Shown: piece by piece, positions 1-13,399 of the stretch
Layout: every line of letters begins with the position of its first letter
How positions within the stretch are numbered: position 1 is the stretch's first letter
Source of the DNA: Stegostoma tigrinum
Taxonomy: Eukaryota
Assembly (NCBI RefSeq): GCF_030684315.1
Contig: NC_081366.1
Location: 18,047,410-18,111,409 of the forward strand
Length of the DNA: 64,000 bases
Direction of reading: 5' to 3'
Made by a program: the position numbers and the translations under genes
The notes under the pieces: generated by a model
Told to the model about the DNA's origin: nothing
The model's database searches: none
The model's input: the letters and a program-made list of their open reading frames with translations, nothing else

Positions 1-577
1 AAAGCACAAATTGACAAACATTATCCACCCCAGTCTGAAAGGGTCCTCACAGAAATTGAAGGCTACAGTGGCTCTGATGGCATTGATAGAACTTTGAATG
101 ATGATATCTTGAAACAGCATGAGGAGTGCATATTGATGTTTAAGATGAGACTTTCCTGGAATATCTGAGATCAGATCAGTATTAAATGCTGACTGATGTC
201 AAAATTTGCACACTTTGCACGCTTCCCATGCATTCACTGATACATGAATTATCACTCTATCAAATCTATTGATCAACACACACACGCTACCAGAAGGTGT
301 CGGCAATAAACATCTGCCAATTTTTCTGTGTGCCTGCTCCCCCAGTACTGAAACCAGCAGCACATTTCTGATACCATTAAGCTAATTTTATATGAATCTA
401 TCATGCTATCATAGAAAGCATAAATAAATTAGAATGCAATAAGCCTGAAGAACTGTAAGGAATTTAAAAAATGGCTATTTCTAATAAATGCTATTATAGT
501 ATTACTGACCATTACAACAACATTAAGGAATGTTGCAAGTATTTTGGAAAGACATCTTCAAATACAAAGGCCATTCA

Positions 578-808
<231 letters not shown>

Positions 809-1134
809 TTATGAATAAATCGGATCTGGCAATGCCTCTTAGGACTAAAATATGGTCAAGTATTTCAATCATGCAGTCTACAGCAAATCAAATACATTTG
901 GTCTCCATTACTTAAATTACGATTATACCTTTAGGCACCACAGTGATACTTTTGTGTTATTTATCCCCACAAAATTTTTCCTAATTTTGGAAATTTATTG
1001 GATTCATACCTTCACCGAATTTCCTTATTCCACTTGCAGAATCTACCAATCCTTTTGCAACCAAAACTCTAATTGTTCTTGCAATTCCAAGATATACAAT
1101 ATAGTAGAGAGGAAGAAACTGTCCATTGGCAGGA

Positions 1135-1487
1135 TCATGGAATCCCTGCAGAGTGGGAGCAAGGGTTCAGCCAATCGGCCCTTCGGGTCCACACAGACAC
1201 CTCTGAAGAGCATCCCACCCGGAGCCACCTCCTTCCCCTATCCCTGTAACCTCGCATTTACCCATGGCTAATCCACCTATTTTACATATCCCTGGACACT
1301 ATGGGCAATTTGGCATGGCCGATCCACCAAATCTGCATATCTTTGGATTGAGGAAGGAGACTGAAGCACCTAGAGGAAACCCACGCAGACTTGGGGAGAA
1401 TGTGCAAACTCCACACAGACAGTGGAATCGAACCAGGATCCCTGGAGTTGTGACGCAGCAGTTCTAACCATTGAGCCACCATGCAGC
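1135..1487 (-). mobile_element. HE1/V-SINE-type tRNA-derived SINE
   Basis: tRNA-like head GGTGGCTCAATGGTTAG...GGTTCGATTCC, core tgtgtggagtttgcacattctcccc, CR1-like tail. Confidence 0.85.
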
Positions 1488-2897
1488 TAAAGATAATTCT
1501 ATAGCATGTTAGGAGGACCCTCGCGACATAGTGGAAGTGTTCCTACACTCTTAGCTAGAAGCAAGTTCAAGTCTCACCTACTCCAGACATGTGCAATAAC
1601 ATCAGTAAGCAGATTAATAAGACATATCATTAAAAAAAAAATCAACTGTTTAGGGGCTCATAAGCCATAGTTGTATTGGCCCTGCCTCTGAACAGGAGTC
1701 CCAGGTTTAGGTGCCACCTGCTCTAGAATTGCAGACCAACGAGTTGATGATGCGGAAACATCGCTAGCACAGCAAGTGTTTGAAATGTACAACCAGATAA
1801 AGTGATGGACCAAATTCAATAGTAACTTTCAAAAAAAAACTTAGATGTACATACTTGAAAAGAGAAAATGTTGACAATTAGAAAAAAAAAGCAGTTGAAG
1901 ACTTTTTTGTTCACTCTTTCAAAAAGGCTGAGGAACCTCCTTCTAAACTCTGATTCAATGAATCACTGTTAATCCACCTTTTATATCAGTCTTCCTATTA
2001 TGGAACTCCTAAAGCTATACACAAAAATTCCCAAAGTGTGTTTACCGATGTTTTGTGTTCAATATTCCTTTGCGCAAAATTCTAAATTCTAGCTTGAAAA
2101 AAAGATGTTAACTTATATAGCATCTTTCGGAACCTCATGGCCTCAAAGTACAATGGAATGTGTTTTGAAGATAATCTACATCAGAAACAACGTACACACA
2201 GCAAGATTGCTCAAAACATGAGATCAGACAGAGGTTTGTGGAAGAGTAAATCCAGGAGGCAATTGAAAAAAAAAGCCTTACTTTTTCTAAAATAGAAGTC
2301 CCAAGGTGGTCAAAGGGGTTTGGCATAATTTCTCATGTAAAAGGTAAAACCTGTAACAATGCAACATTTCCTCACTTCTACACAAAAAAGTGCTTCTATT
2401 ATGGATTTTTCCACCTGTACTTTCATCATGAAATACATGTGCACCTGCATAGCTCAATCTATGGTCCTATTTAAAAAATCTGTTAAGTATATTAGTTTGA
2501 GTACACATGCTTTCACTGCTTCTTCCCCCACCCTCTCCCCTCAAAATCATTACCACAAGTTGCAACAGTCATTTATGTGCAATTCCACTGATATCCTCCG
2601 GCAAAATATTCTGATTATGTTAATTGTAAGTTATTTCTCAATTAGTAATGCCACAATAACTCATTAGAAAAAAAATGTCTTCATACCAATGACAGTACCT
2701 GGTAAGCCAACATCACCACAAAAAGATTATAGTTCACAATTGCACTCATCACTCACGGGACAATCTCATAAGTAACTGCTCTATAACTGGCAATATATAG
2801 AGAAGCTGCAAACCCTAATGAGCTAAACTCACACAATGAAGTGAGAACAAGATGCTGGTGAGACCGGGAGGCAGCAGAAAAGAGGAAGATCACTCAC

Positions 2898-2961
2898 CAT
2901 CTGCAGAGAATTTTTCTACAGCTTCACTCAGGGTAAGGAAATTCCCTGTAGATTTAGACAT
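2898..2961 (-). CDS. LARS1: LARS1 exon 22 (KMSKS motif)
   Basis: MSKSTGNFLTLSEAVEKFSAD. Confidence 0.96.
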
Positions 2962-3049
2962 CTAACGGAAACAGAAGTGGCACAAAGTGACAAAGTTAGG
3001 CGCCACTGTAGAGTACAGATTACAGCATAAAATTACAAAAGAATGGTGA

Positions 3050-3920
3050 TAGAGCAAGTTAATGAGCAAAACCGCAGTAGATGGCATTCAATGCAATCAA
3101 GGATGAGGTTATCGTTTTGGACCAAGAAAGGATAGATCACGGCATTTTCCAGATTTTCCAAAAATTCATTCTTGGGATGAGGGTGTCATCAGATAGGCCA
3201 ACATTTATAGTTGGCACAGAGTTAAATACAGTGGATGTCCAATGATACTTGGAGGTTTAGGTATGTAGATCTTTATTTTCTGCTTCTGCTCTGACATTTT
3301 AATCAGGAAAGCAAATGGAATGCTGGCTTTTACATCTTGAGGACTGCTATACAGGGATGCAGGTGTTATGTTGCAGTTATATACAAAATTCCAGGTAGGT
3401 GCCACTTGGAGTAACACAAATCCACGCAGCAGGAGGGAAATACTGGCCTTGTGGGGAACATAACTTAAGTTTACAACAAAGGTAGCAAGAATTCAGGGGT
3501 TAATTTACAAGCAAAGATTATACAAATTAGACCTGCTTTCTCTAGAAATTAGAAGGTTGAGGCGGTATCTGATTGAAGTTTTTAAAATATTGACAGGAAA
3601 AGACAAAATGATTAACATATTTGGAGATTCAAGAACTTGGGGGCATATCTGTGAATTATAGCCAAACTGCTCAGCGAGATGTTATGAAGTACTTCTACAC
3701 ACAGGTGGTAGATGCTTGGAAACCTCTTCCAAAAACAGCAGTGAATACAGGATCAGTTGTTAATTTTAAATCTGAAATGGATAAATGTCTGTTGTATTAT
3801 GATATTAAGGGGTATGGGCCAAAGGCAGGTATGTGGATTCAGGCAACAGATCGGTCATGATCTCATTAAATCGTGGAACAACAAACTATTCAGCTCCTCA
3901 AGTTTGTTCCTATGTTCCCA
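3050..3920 (+). mobile_element. Degenerate CR1 3' fragment
   Basis: Similar to the reverse complement of the 34077 element (gcaaatggaatgctggc, agaaggttgaggcggtatctgattgaa). Confidence 0.65.
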
Positions 3921-4035
3921 GAAGTTTATCTGAAACTTATGCATGTGGAACATATTAAATCCAATAATGTGTTAATTCGGTAGAAATCTTACACTTCATA
4001 AACTGTTTGTTAACATAGTAAAAATTATTGCGTAC

Positions 4036-4093
4036 TTTTTCTGAATTCAGTAGTAAGTGTCCATTTGCTCTTACAGCTCGAGGCCATTTTGAT
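4036..4093 (-). CDS. LARS1: LARS1 exon 21
   Basis: SKWPRAVRANGHLLLNSEK. Confidence 0.95.
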
Positions 4094-4526
4094 CTACAAT
4101 TTAGAATAAGAAGTTAGTTGCGCAGAAAAATATTTAAGTAATAGTCTCCACTCAAAAGCACACTTGTCCCCTTCAACATACTATTATTTTTAGTCAGGAT
4201 AACAAGGTTGCTGAAGTTCACTAACGACCCTCTACATTGATTTAAATCAATGTGCTTAAACATGTGAGACACCTATGGAACAGGTGGGGTTTGAATTCAG
4301 GTCTTCCAGTTCAGAAGTAGGAACCGTGCCACTACTCCACAAGAGCCCTACTCATGACTCTCAATTCCAAAAGATGTGCACTTTAAGGAAATGATCGACT
4401 CAAAGACAACCCCATTTACATTAGCAAATGTGTAGGCATTCCCGATAAGCAGATTGTTTGCAACATCATGCTCTTCCAGTCATGCAGCTCATATACAAAT
4501 CTTGTTACTGAACAATGTGATCTCAC

Positions 4527-4739
4527 CTATCACTGGGCCACATGGCTACATGGTTATACAGGTAGTAGGAGAGATGATTTGGAATCAAGTCTTTCCCAGA
4601 GACTCTTAAGTCTACAGGATACCAATATTCAAATTCTTTTTTCAATTGATCTAGATTCTGTTTTGGAATTGCAGTCTCTGGAAATGGAGCAGCCTTCAAA
4701 AACACATAATCCCAAACTTCTCTGGTCATCTGTTCTGGC
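4527..4739 (-). CDS. LARS1: LARS1 exon 20
   Basis: [13 protein letters not shown]...[33 protein letters not shown]. Confidence 0.97.
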
Positions 4740-5756
4740 CTGAGAGAAAAAATAAAAAATACATATCAATGCTGGCAGGAAGGTATGATTGTGGAAGGAG
4801 TGCATAATAAGTGCACTTTAAAAGAAAACCTGGCCGACATCACGAATTACGTTTATGACTATTGAAGATTTATTTCAAACACCAGTCATAGGAACATAAA
4901 CTGGATTTGAAATTAGATTTCACAGGTGAAATAACCGATAGATACAGCATTTAGTCCTTAAAATCATGAAGAAATAGCATTTATTAACTCCAACTTGTGG
5001 TGCTCAGTGGCACTAAATGGCTTAAGTATATTAATTGAAAATATTCTATTTATCTATGAAACTGCATAGACCGATTGGGAACAGGAATTGATGGGTCAAG
5101 AAATATCAGAATTTAATGTCTTTAAAAATAAAACAAAATCATGTTGCAGTCAGACTAGCATGAAAGGCTAGTCTTGCTTCGTTGACCTATAAACCAAAGG
5201 ATGACTCAGTTTGCATTTATCATTCGTTGTTCATTGACGAGGGGATAATAGGTTACTTCCTTGTAAACAACTGTGCTCCTGAGATGCTGCTTGGCCTGCT
5301 GTGTTCATCCAGCTTCACATTTTATTATCTTGAAATTACTGAGCTGGCCCCTTAAACTGCAATTGCTGTGACTTTGCAGTTCACAACAGTTAAAGGAGAG
5401 CAGATTTTCTTCCTAAAGTTTTTCACGACAATTTGATAGTTCCAAGATCATGAATTTTAAGTCCTGGCCTTTGGATTACGAGCCAATAACACAGCTACCA
5501 CATGAATATACTCTGGCTATTAAGGACAAACATGTGCACAGATAGCTGAATATTTTGGACTGCCGATCTAGATAGAATGGCTTCACTCAAACTTGAAATG
5601 GCTCCCCCTCATCAATCACCCTTCTGTTACAAATGCATAACCTTTGACAAAAACACTGCCTCTCACTGAATTGGGAATAAAGGAATAAAGGGAAATAAAT
5701 TGGGAATAAAATGAATTGGGAACAATATCTCCGACACATCTTTGGCATTGGAAGCA

Positions 5757-6270
5757 GTTCAGAGGAGATTTGTTAGCACAATTCGAGGGATAAAAAGGCT
5801 GTTGGATAAGGAGTGGTTGAATAGCCTGGGTTTGTACTCACTCGAATCCAGAAGAATGATAGGTGATCTGGTTGAGGTACATAAAATGCTAAAAGGGACA
5901 GGAAGTTGATAAGGCGAATGTTGGAAACAATTTCCTCCTTGTCGTACAGTCTCAAACAAGATGTCATAGAAATTGAATGAAAGCAGAAAGGTTTAGAAAT
6001 GAGATGAGGAGAAATTACTTCTCTCAGAGGGTTGTGGATCTGTGAAACTCATTGTCCAAGGGTGCAGTAGAGGCAGAATCCATCTAAAGATTCAAGAAAG
6101 AAATAGATTTGTTTCTGATGAAATGTGAGGTACAGGGCTATGAGGAGCAGGCAGAAAAGTGCAGTTGAGAACAGGATGAGATCAGCCCTGATCATGTTAA
6201 GTAGCAGAACAGGCTCGAAGGGCTGACATGCCAAATTGCCTACTCACACTCCCAATTCTGATGTTCTTAT
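5757..6270 (+). mobile_element. CR1 3' fragment
   Basis: gcagttcagaggagatt...agaagaatgataggtgatct...ttctctcagagggttgtg. Confidence 0.7.
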
Positions 6271-6469
6271 TTACCCTTTTGTGTCAGGCAGGTTCCTGAT
6301 TGGACGAGATTAACAGCCTCAAGCAAGGAACTCAATTTCAACTCGGTCCAGCTGGGCGACTTCGTTATATTCACAGCACGACTGCCATCAGTTCAAACTT
6401 AAAAATAGACTATTACTTGTTTTCAGCCTTTAAATTAATACCTTGTGTTTGCAAAATAATTATGTCATC

Positions 6470-6607
6470 GATAGTAGGAACTGCAGATGCTGGAGAATCG
6501 GAGATGGGTCTTTCTGAAAAAGGGCCGAGGCCCAAAATGTCAGCTCTCCGGCTCCTCTGATGCTGCTTGGCCTACTGTGTTCATCCAGTTCTGCAACCTG
6601 TTATCTC
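6470..6607. mobile_element. Mini PLE-terminus derivative (collapsed palindrome)
   Basis: Tail gggaactgcagatgctggagaatc-like sequence joined to the opposite-strand terminus; flanks attatgtcatc/attatttcatc. Confidence 0.65.
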
Positions 6608-6755
6608 ATATTATTTCATCCATTTGTTTACAGATAGCATTACATTCACTACATAATCAACCATAACTGCCAAATATTATTTTGAAAACCATGCATTATG
6701 AATTATAAGTTACATTACAAATTAAAATAATCATTTTGAAAACTCTTATTCCCAC

Positions 6756-6894
6756 CTGATTCCCAATGGGCCAGAGGTTTGACCATTTAAACATCCCTTA
6801 TGTAATAGATGGGCAACAGTGTAGTATGCCATATAAATTGAGGAATCAGAGAGAGACTCTATCAGCCATTGGTCATCCCATGGCAGTCGAGAAC
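6756..6894 (-). CDS. LARS1: LARS1 exon 19
   Basis: [31 protein letters not shown]...PLGI. Confidence 0.96.
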
Positions 6895-7362
6895 CTGAAA
6901 TGAATAAAAGAATATAAATTTATTGAAAAGCTGCAAAACTATTAGCGGATGAACAGTGCGTCCAATGTACAGCGAAACGTTGAAACACTATGTTGAGGAG
7001 GAGATATGATAAAAAACTGAAAAATAGGCAGATGGGGGCTGAAGGCACAAAGATAAGGGCTTTTGAAAGATGAAAGGAAAGTACTGCAGAAGATTCTGGC
7101 AAGGAACTTCAGCAGATGAGTAGAGTTTGCAGACAGTAGTCATCTTTGGGGATGAGCAGAGGTCAAAGTGTAGTCAGCTGATTCCAAATAGAAGAAGGGC
7201 ATATGTTATATCAAATTGAAGAGATTTCTAATGTTGAGTAGGGAAATTTAAAATTTCAGGCTAGAACCATGATGTCTATGATCATGCAAAATGGCAGCAA
7301 TCTTATCCTAACGTTAACTTCATCAGCTGAAAACATTACTTTAATTATGGTTTAAAAAAAAC

Positions 7363-8590
7363 GTGCTGGAAATCAGAAATTGCTAGAAAAACTTGGTAGG
7401 TCGAGCAGCATCTGAGGCGAGAAAGCAGAATTAACATTTCAGGTCCAGTGACCCTTCTTCAAAACTGACCGTAAACAGGCAAAGGTTAGTATATATGCTG
7501 AAGATGGGGTGGGTGAGGAAGAAGGAGTAAATGAAAGGTGGAGATAGAGAGACAGACAGACAAACATTGGGGCAGACTAAGGAATGGGTACAAGTCAGCC
7601 TGGGAAAACGAATAGCTGCTAATGGAGACCATTAGTGGCTGACGATGGGTTGTAAGTAGTAACAGCCCATGTGCTGACGAGGCCTAGTATGGTGGGGTGT
7701 TAGGGTAAGGACATGGGAAGTGGTGTGCAGGCCCTAAAATTATTGAACTTGATATCCAGAAGGTTGCAGGGTTTCTGAGCAGGAAAGGAGGTGTTGCTCT
7801 CCTAGCTTGCGCTGAACTTCGTTGGAGGACTGTAGCAAACTCAAGACAGAGACATTGACCAGGAAACACAATGGTGTGTTGAAATGGCAGGCTACTGGAA
7901 GCTCAGGGTTATTTTTGAGGACCGAATAGAGTTATTCTGCAGAACAGTCACTTAGTCTGCACTTTGTCTCCCCAGTGTAGTGGAGGCCACAATGCGAACA
8001 GTGAATACAGTACACTAGATTGAGTGAAGTGCAGCTAAATTGCCGCTTCACCCAGAAGGTATGTCAGTGACCATGAATAAGGAGGATGGAGGGAGGAAAT
8101 AAATGGGCAGACATTGTACCTTCTGCGACAGCATGAGAAGATGCCATGGGCATGTGGAGCCGTGTCCAGGAAGGAACGGTTCCTTCAGAAGGCTGACAAG
8201 GGAATGGAGGGGAATGTGCGCTGGTGGTGACATCCTGCTGGAAGTGGTGGAAACGGAAATGGATGTGGGCAGTGGTGGAATGTTAGGTGAGCACGAGGGG
8301 ACTCCTATCAGTGTTGTGGGAGTAAGAGATGTGGTGAGAGCCAAAGAGCAGGAGATGGGTGGGACACAGTGGAGGGCCTTGTCAACCACGGTAGTGAGGA
8401 ATCATTGGTTAAGGAAAAAGGTGGGCATTTCAGAAGCCCCCTTGGTGAAGTTGCAATCACTGGACTAGATGTGGCAGGGATGGAGGAACGGAGTGAATGG
8501 AATAGAGTCTTTAAAGGGAGCAGGATGCGAAAATGTGTAGTCAAGGTAACTGCTGGAGTCAGTGGATTTGTGATGGAAGTCCAGCTGATA
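7363..8590 (-). mobile_element. Degenerate Penelope-like element, second family (3' part)
   Basis: Frameshifted RT-thumb and GIY-YIG remnants; hammerhead-like remnant at about 7432-7462 (minus TTGAAGAAGGGTCACTGGACCTGAAATGTTAA). Confidence 0.75.
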
Positions 8591-9270
8591 GCCTCACTAA
8601 ATGAAATATAGCTGGAAGCCTACACCAGGTTGCAATTTATAAGAGACAGTATGCATACAGAAAAAAAACTGTCAAGTTGCTAACACGTGGCAAGTGCAAT
8701 GAGAAAAACCCTGTGCAGACACACACAATAGACACATTTTCAAATGTTGTATTTTTTCCTTCATCTGAATTGCTTCATTAATTCCTCTGGACTGAATGAA
8801 TGATGCAAGGTGCAAGGTTATAGTTCGGCTCCTCCCAAGCAGAAGGATCTTTAGAGAAAAACCTGTCATCTAGTCCTCATTTCCAAATAACCACTCAAAA
8901 TAAGATCAGTGAGTGCCTACAAATAGGTTGATATCTGCTTTAAAAAGTGAATAATACATAACATTATGAGGTGCTAAGGTGGGCACAAGTGTCTCTAGAT
9001 CTGACTTGCATCATTTGGGTTTTTGAAAACAAAACACGGTATCACTTAATCCATACTTTCAGATGTCCTTCATCTTTGCTTTATTCTTTTATAAACTTAA
9101 TTTGTACTAGGAGGATTTATCTGAAAATAAAATGACCTCAACAATCTTTCAAGGTAGGGTTGGTACTCAGAAAACATAATCTCCTTAGACATTAAAAAAA
9201 ACCTTTCCTTATACAGCATTTCTGTACAGCAAGGTCATGAAAAACAAAGGCAGTCAAGTGTTACACTAAC

Positions 9271-9353
9271 CAAGGCCATATGTTCTTGAACAGGCATGGT
9301 CCTGTAACCACTCAAGGCTGGCTTCAAAGTTCCTTCTAGTCTCCTCACAGTAC
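9271..9353 (-). CDS. LARS1: LARS1 exon 18
   Basis: [27 protein letters not shown]. Confidence 0.96.
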
Positions 9354-9939
9354 CTAGAAATTAAAAAGGATATATATTGCTAATATAATATTTATATTCT
9401 TGCAGATACTCTTTTGACCTTAGTAACAGGATACTGTTAAAAAGCAGGATATATGTTAAAAATGCCATTCAAATGGTTATCTTTGTTACAGCAGTCGTAG
9501 CTGTTGGCATTCATATCTCAGGGTACTATGATGCGTTTGGTCCAGACAACATGCAGGTTTCTTGAATCTTAGAGACTTGACCAGAGTGTAAATCCAATAA
9601 AATTCCAATATAAGTTCAGAGCCTTGCACTTTCATAAAAGCTGACTTTTTAAAAACATATATATCCTTTCTGAACAAGACGGGGGGAAAGGGGGTAAACA
9701 AAATTTCTAGTTCCCTTGAACCATAACTCAACCTTGCAATGTAATTAAAACACTGGTTGGGACCAGGAGTTGTAAATATGCCACAGACTAGATTAAATCC
9801 TCGATCCAGTTCATAGTGTGGGCATTCTGTGGAACTTGATCGACTAATTACTATTATTTCAAAAGTACAATGCATTCTCTCAATTGAGTGTGGGGAAGAA
9901 ATAACGAGACAGGAAGATAAGAGCTGAAAGAGTACATAC

Positions 9940-10005
9940 GTTTCTAGAGTTGAGAGGCAATCTACAGCCTGTTTCTTCCAACTTTCTTCACCATAATCCA
10001 GGTAC
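9940..10005 (-). CDS. LARS1: LARS1 exon 17
   Basis: YLDYGEESWKKQAVDCLSTLET. Confidence 0.95.
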
Positions 10006-10644
10006 CTACATTGAAAGTGAACATGATTAAAAGAAAGCTACTCTTTACACAAAATCATCAACATTTTCTCAATGTAGTTGAAAGAAACAAGTCTAAGTCA
10101 GCTCCAATGAAGAGTCATCTAGACTTGAAATGTAGCTTGCTCTCTCCACAGATGCTATCTGACCCACTGAGCTTTCCAGCATCTTTTGTTTTCAAGTCTG
10201 AGAAGCAGTTAGATGCTGTGATGGAAAGAAAAAATTACAACTGTAAAGAAAGGTGTAAGATGTACAATGAGGCCTTCTACATCTAGATTTGCTGGTATGA
10301 ATTTCATCAGCGGTGAGCTGCACAATGTTCAATAACCATAAAAACCAGTCTGCTATTTGTAAGAAGGGATGAAAAAGTCATTTAGGGCTCTTATCCTGAA
10401 TATTATCCAGCTGGAAAGTGCACAGAAATAGATTCAGCTGCCATGTTCATCGTGTTTCAAAGCACCCCAGACACTGCCAAAAAACAGCACGTGACGGATT
10501 CGTGAAGCACTGAAACACAGTTAACTTTGGATTCATTCAGTCGTTCGTTTGCTGGGTGGGGATGCGGGGGAAAAACAGCGAGAGCGAGGGAGCGAGCGAG
10601 AGCACGTGAAGATAGATAAACAAACATTTAAAATAAAAACTCAC

Positions 10645-10730
10645 CACTGGTCACACAGTGCTACAACACATTCATCAGCAGACCTAGATATAACTTGCTT
10701 CTCAGGTTCCATGTAGATCATGGCTTCTCC
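10645..10730 (-). CDS. LARS1: LARS1 exon 16
   Basis: GEAMIYMEPEKQVISRSADECVVALCDQW. Confidence 0.96.
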
Positions 10731-11152
10731 CTAGGACAATTATTAGAAATATGTTTTTTTTAAAATTGGGATAACCTCATATACTATGTTCTAGATTCAT
10801 TTTAACCTACTTTTCTTATCTTGCATTTCTGGCCATAGTTAGCTATGGTGTGCTTCCTGCAATGCCTCTGTTCAATCAGTGCATGAAGTATGCAAGAACT
10901 GACCGAAATACAGGCAATTATCAAATTGATGTTGTATCCCACACAAAAAAACTAGTCAAAGAAAAAGCTCAAACATGGAAACAGAGCCAACAGTTTAACC
11001 CTTTATCATAGCTTCTACAGTATGTAACGTAGTGCAGCAATTCAACGCAGCAAGGCGTTCATGCAAGGCTCATTACTTTAACATTACAATCAAATTTATG
11101 ACCTACCCTGCTGTTTTAATAAGTCATTAAATAAACCAAAAATGATACTTAC

Positions 11153-11230
11153 GTTATCTATCATTTTTCGTTGAATTGGTTTCTTGACTTCTTGAACTTT
11201 CTGCCCTTTGTAACCATCTACAAGCATTAC
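11153..11230 (-). CDS. LARS1: LARS1 exon 15
   Basis: [26 protein letters not shown]. Confidence 0.95.
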
Positions 11231-11282
11231 CTAGAAGACAATAGGTGTATGAATCTACAACCAAATGTAGATGTCTTTAATT

Positions 11283-11380
11283 AAACTGTTCAGACATGTC
11301 ATCACACATCTGTGGAGCAGATGGGACTTGAACCTGGGCCTTCTGGAACCAGAGGCAGGGGGACAATCACTGTGCTAGAA
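11283..11380 (-). mobile_element. Short tRNA-derived SINE (related copies at about 1515-1620 +, 1652-1740 +, 4260-4350 -, 30130-30210 -)
   Basis: Minus strand ...cctctggttccagaaggcccaggttcaagtcccatctgctccacag, with a B-box GTTCAAGTC. Confidence 0.55.
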
Positions 11381-11489
11381 CGGTCTTACATGTTTAGAAA
11401 TAATTTACAGTCATCAAATTGGCCTCACCTCAATCAAACAAATAAACTGAGCCAAACTGGCAATTATGAGTTCAAACCACACCCAAGGG

Positions 11490-11883
11490 TCTGATATCGA
11501 ATCTAGGTGGCCACTGGACTACATCGTATCATTACATCATGTCAGGAGAGCCTGGATGGCAGTCTGCACGGGGATCTCCCAGCATTGGAGACAGATCAAA
11601 TCCAGCCTGAGGGATAGATTGAGCCCTTGTGTGAAAGCCTAACATATAGCGACTGCACATCCATGGCTAAAGGAGGACTGCAATTTTGAACTTAACTTTA
11701 TTTCTTTGTTTACAACTTTATACAGAGAAGAACAGTAATGTTGCACTTTTAACCTATTTCTTTATTTTTCTACTTGTACCAATTATTTTTTCAAAACCTA
11801 AAGTGGCACTGGAAGTAGCGACTTTGTACATTTATCATTGTACTCCCTTATCTCTGTACGTGAGTACATGTGACAATAATACA
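11490..11883 (+). mobile_element. Retroelement remnant with a Rex1/L2-like 3' end
   Basis: Ends cattgtactc...gtacatgtgacaataa, a 3' terminus typical of this LINE group (recall). Confidence 0.4.
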
Positions 11884-12142
11884 TAACTCCTAAATGGGAA
11901 TTAAGAATACAGATACAAAAATATGGACAGTTGAAAGAATTTTTCATTTTAGAAGGTTGGAATAAAGCAGCACGTCAAGATCTATTTATCCTTGTCAGAA
12001 GCTTCAATTAGTGACCGTATTTGATTTTTGAATCTGTATGCAATGCCACACGCAATGAACTAGTACATTGATAAAATGAAACAATTCACATTTTTGTTTA
12101 AGATTTTTTTTCCCTGTGCAAGACCTTGAATACATTACAAAC

Positions 12143-12283
12143 CCCCTCATAAAAGCCTTTCAGGTAAACACGCTCTTTGGCCTCCACAAGCTTTTCCCGG
12201 TCATTCTGGCTTTGAATGTTCAGTTCGTCGCACACTGTTGGTGCAGAGAGATTCCCATACCCAGGGATTTCAATTATAGGAAC
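12143..12283 (-). CDS. LARS1: LARS1 exon 14
   Basis: [47 protein letters not shown]. Confidence 0.96.
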
Positions 12284-12795
12284 CTAGCAAACAAATAACA
12301 CCAAAAGAACAGCATTTACGAAAGACTGATTAACGTTGAATCTATGCAGTTCTCAACACATGAAGTAAAAGTCAATTTCTTTTCTGTCATGGTCTTGCTA
12401 CGAGGGCCTCTAGTGATTACCTTATTAGCTACAACACTTGGCGAAAACCTGCTGCATAACTACAGTGCAGGACGTTGAGACCACATCAAGCAAGACAAAT
12501 TATCCATACACACAAATTATGGGATACTGCTTTGCTGCTGAGGATTCAGACTTTGGATGAAAGAAGTAGTCAAGTATTCATTTTAAACATCCCTCCGCAT
12601 ATATCTAATTGTTAAAATTAATAAAAGCACACAGATATATCTGAGCAAAGTGAGAACTTGATTCGGTTGTCAAAACACTGTTGAAATTCTATTGAAAAAG
12701 CTGTATCCATATTTCAAATCAGGATCTACGTAAAGAAGTTTGATTGATGCCAACAAAACAAAATTATGCTTTCAGTTCCATTTAAGCATACTCAC

Positions 12796-12849
12796 TGGTT
12801 CAAACGGTAGGACCATTTCATCAGTAATTCCATACTTCTCCCTCAAAGC
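12796..12849 (-). CDS. LARS1: LARS1 exon 13
   Basis: ALREKYGITDEMVLPFEP. Confidence 0.95.
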
Positions 12850-13399
12850 CTAAAAAAGAAAAATTACTTTAAATTCTTTTAAACGTCAGAATATTGTAGT
12901 GTCGCAATTTTGAATGCCACAAATATAGGTCATGTCAGATTGGTGATGGCATCTACACAAATAGTAGCCCACACAGTAGACAATGTAAAGCACACCAAGT
13001 ACCTCATCAGAAATCTCAATGCTGAAGATGTATGGAAGCTTTATTAGATACACCCATGGCAAGGTTCTTCAGGAAGGAAATCTAAGTGACATTTGGGTTG
13101 CTGTAACAACTGCATAATTTCACTTATCAGTTTGTTTCCAGTTTGTTCATTAATATTAAACCAATTGCAAATGCTCAAATCATCCAAATGGAATTCAAAT
13201 TTGCATCAACTGATTAATTACTGTAGGCCTCAGTATTCATTACTCCAAAAACAAATCAATATCTCACTATCTATCACAGTGTTCCAAGCCGAACCATTTC
13301 TAGTTGCTTCAAAATTTACCTTCTCTCCAACGCAAGGTCAGAAGTCAGGATCGCTAGTGTTTGCACATTTTAGCACTATTCACAACTTTTGAGATGCTA

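Noticed and set aside
98-168. ATGATGA...CTGA pair resembling a C/D-box snoRNA
   Set aside because: Antisense to the LARS1 host transcript, no convincing terminal stem, and no recognisable rRNA guide.
852-1271. 139-aa and similar intronic ORFs across the window
   Set aside because: No recognisable homology or splice support; many run into SINE or LINE sequence.
1440-1487. tRNA-like A/B boxes here and at 40950, 44230, 46285
   Set aside because: These are SINE heads, not complete cloverleaf tRNA genes.
5667-5722. Repeated aattgggaataaa units suggesting an array
   Set aside because: Short low-complexity slippage repeat without unique spacers; not CRISPR-like, and the DNA is vertebrate.
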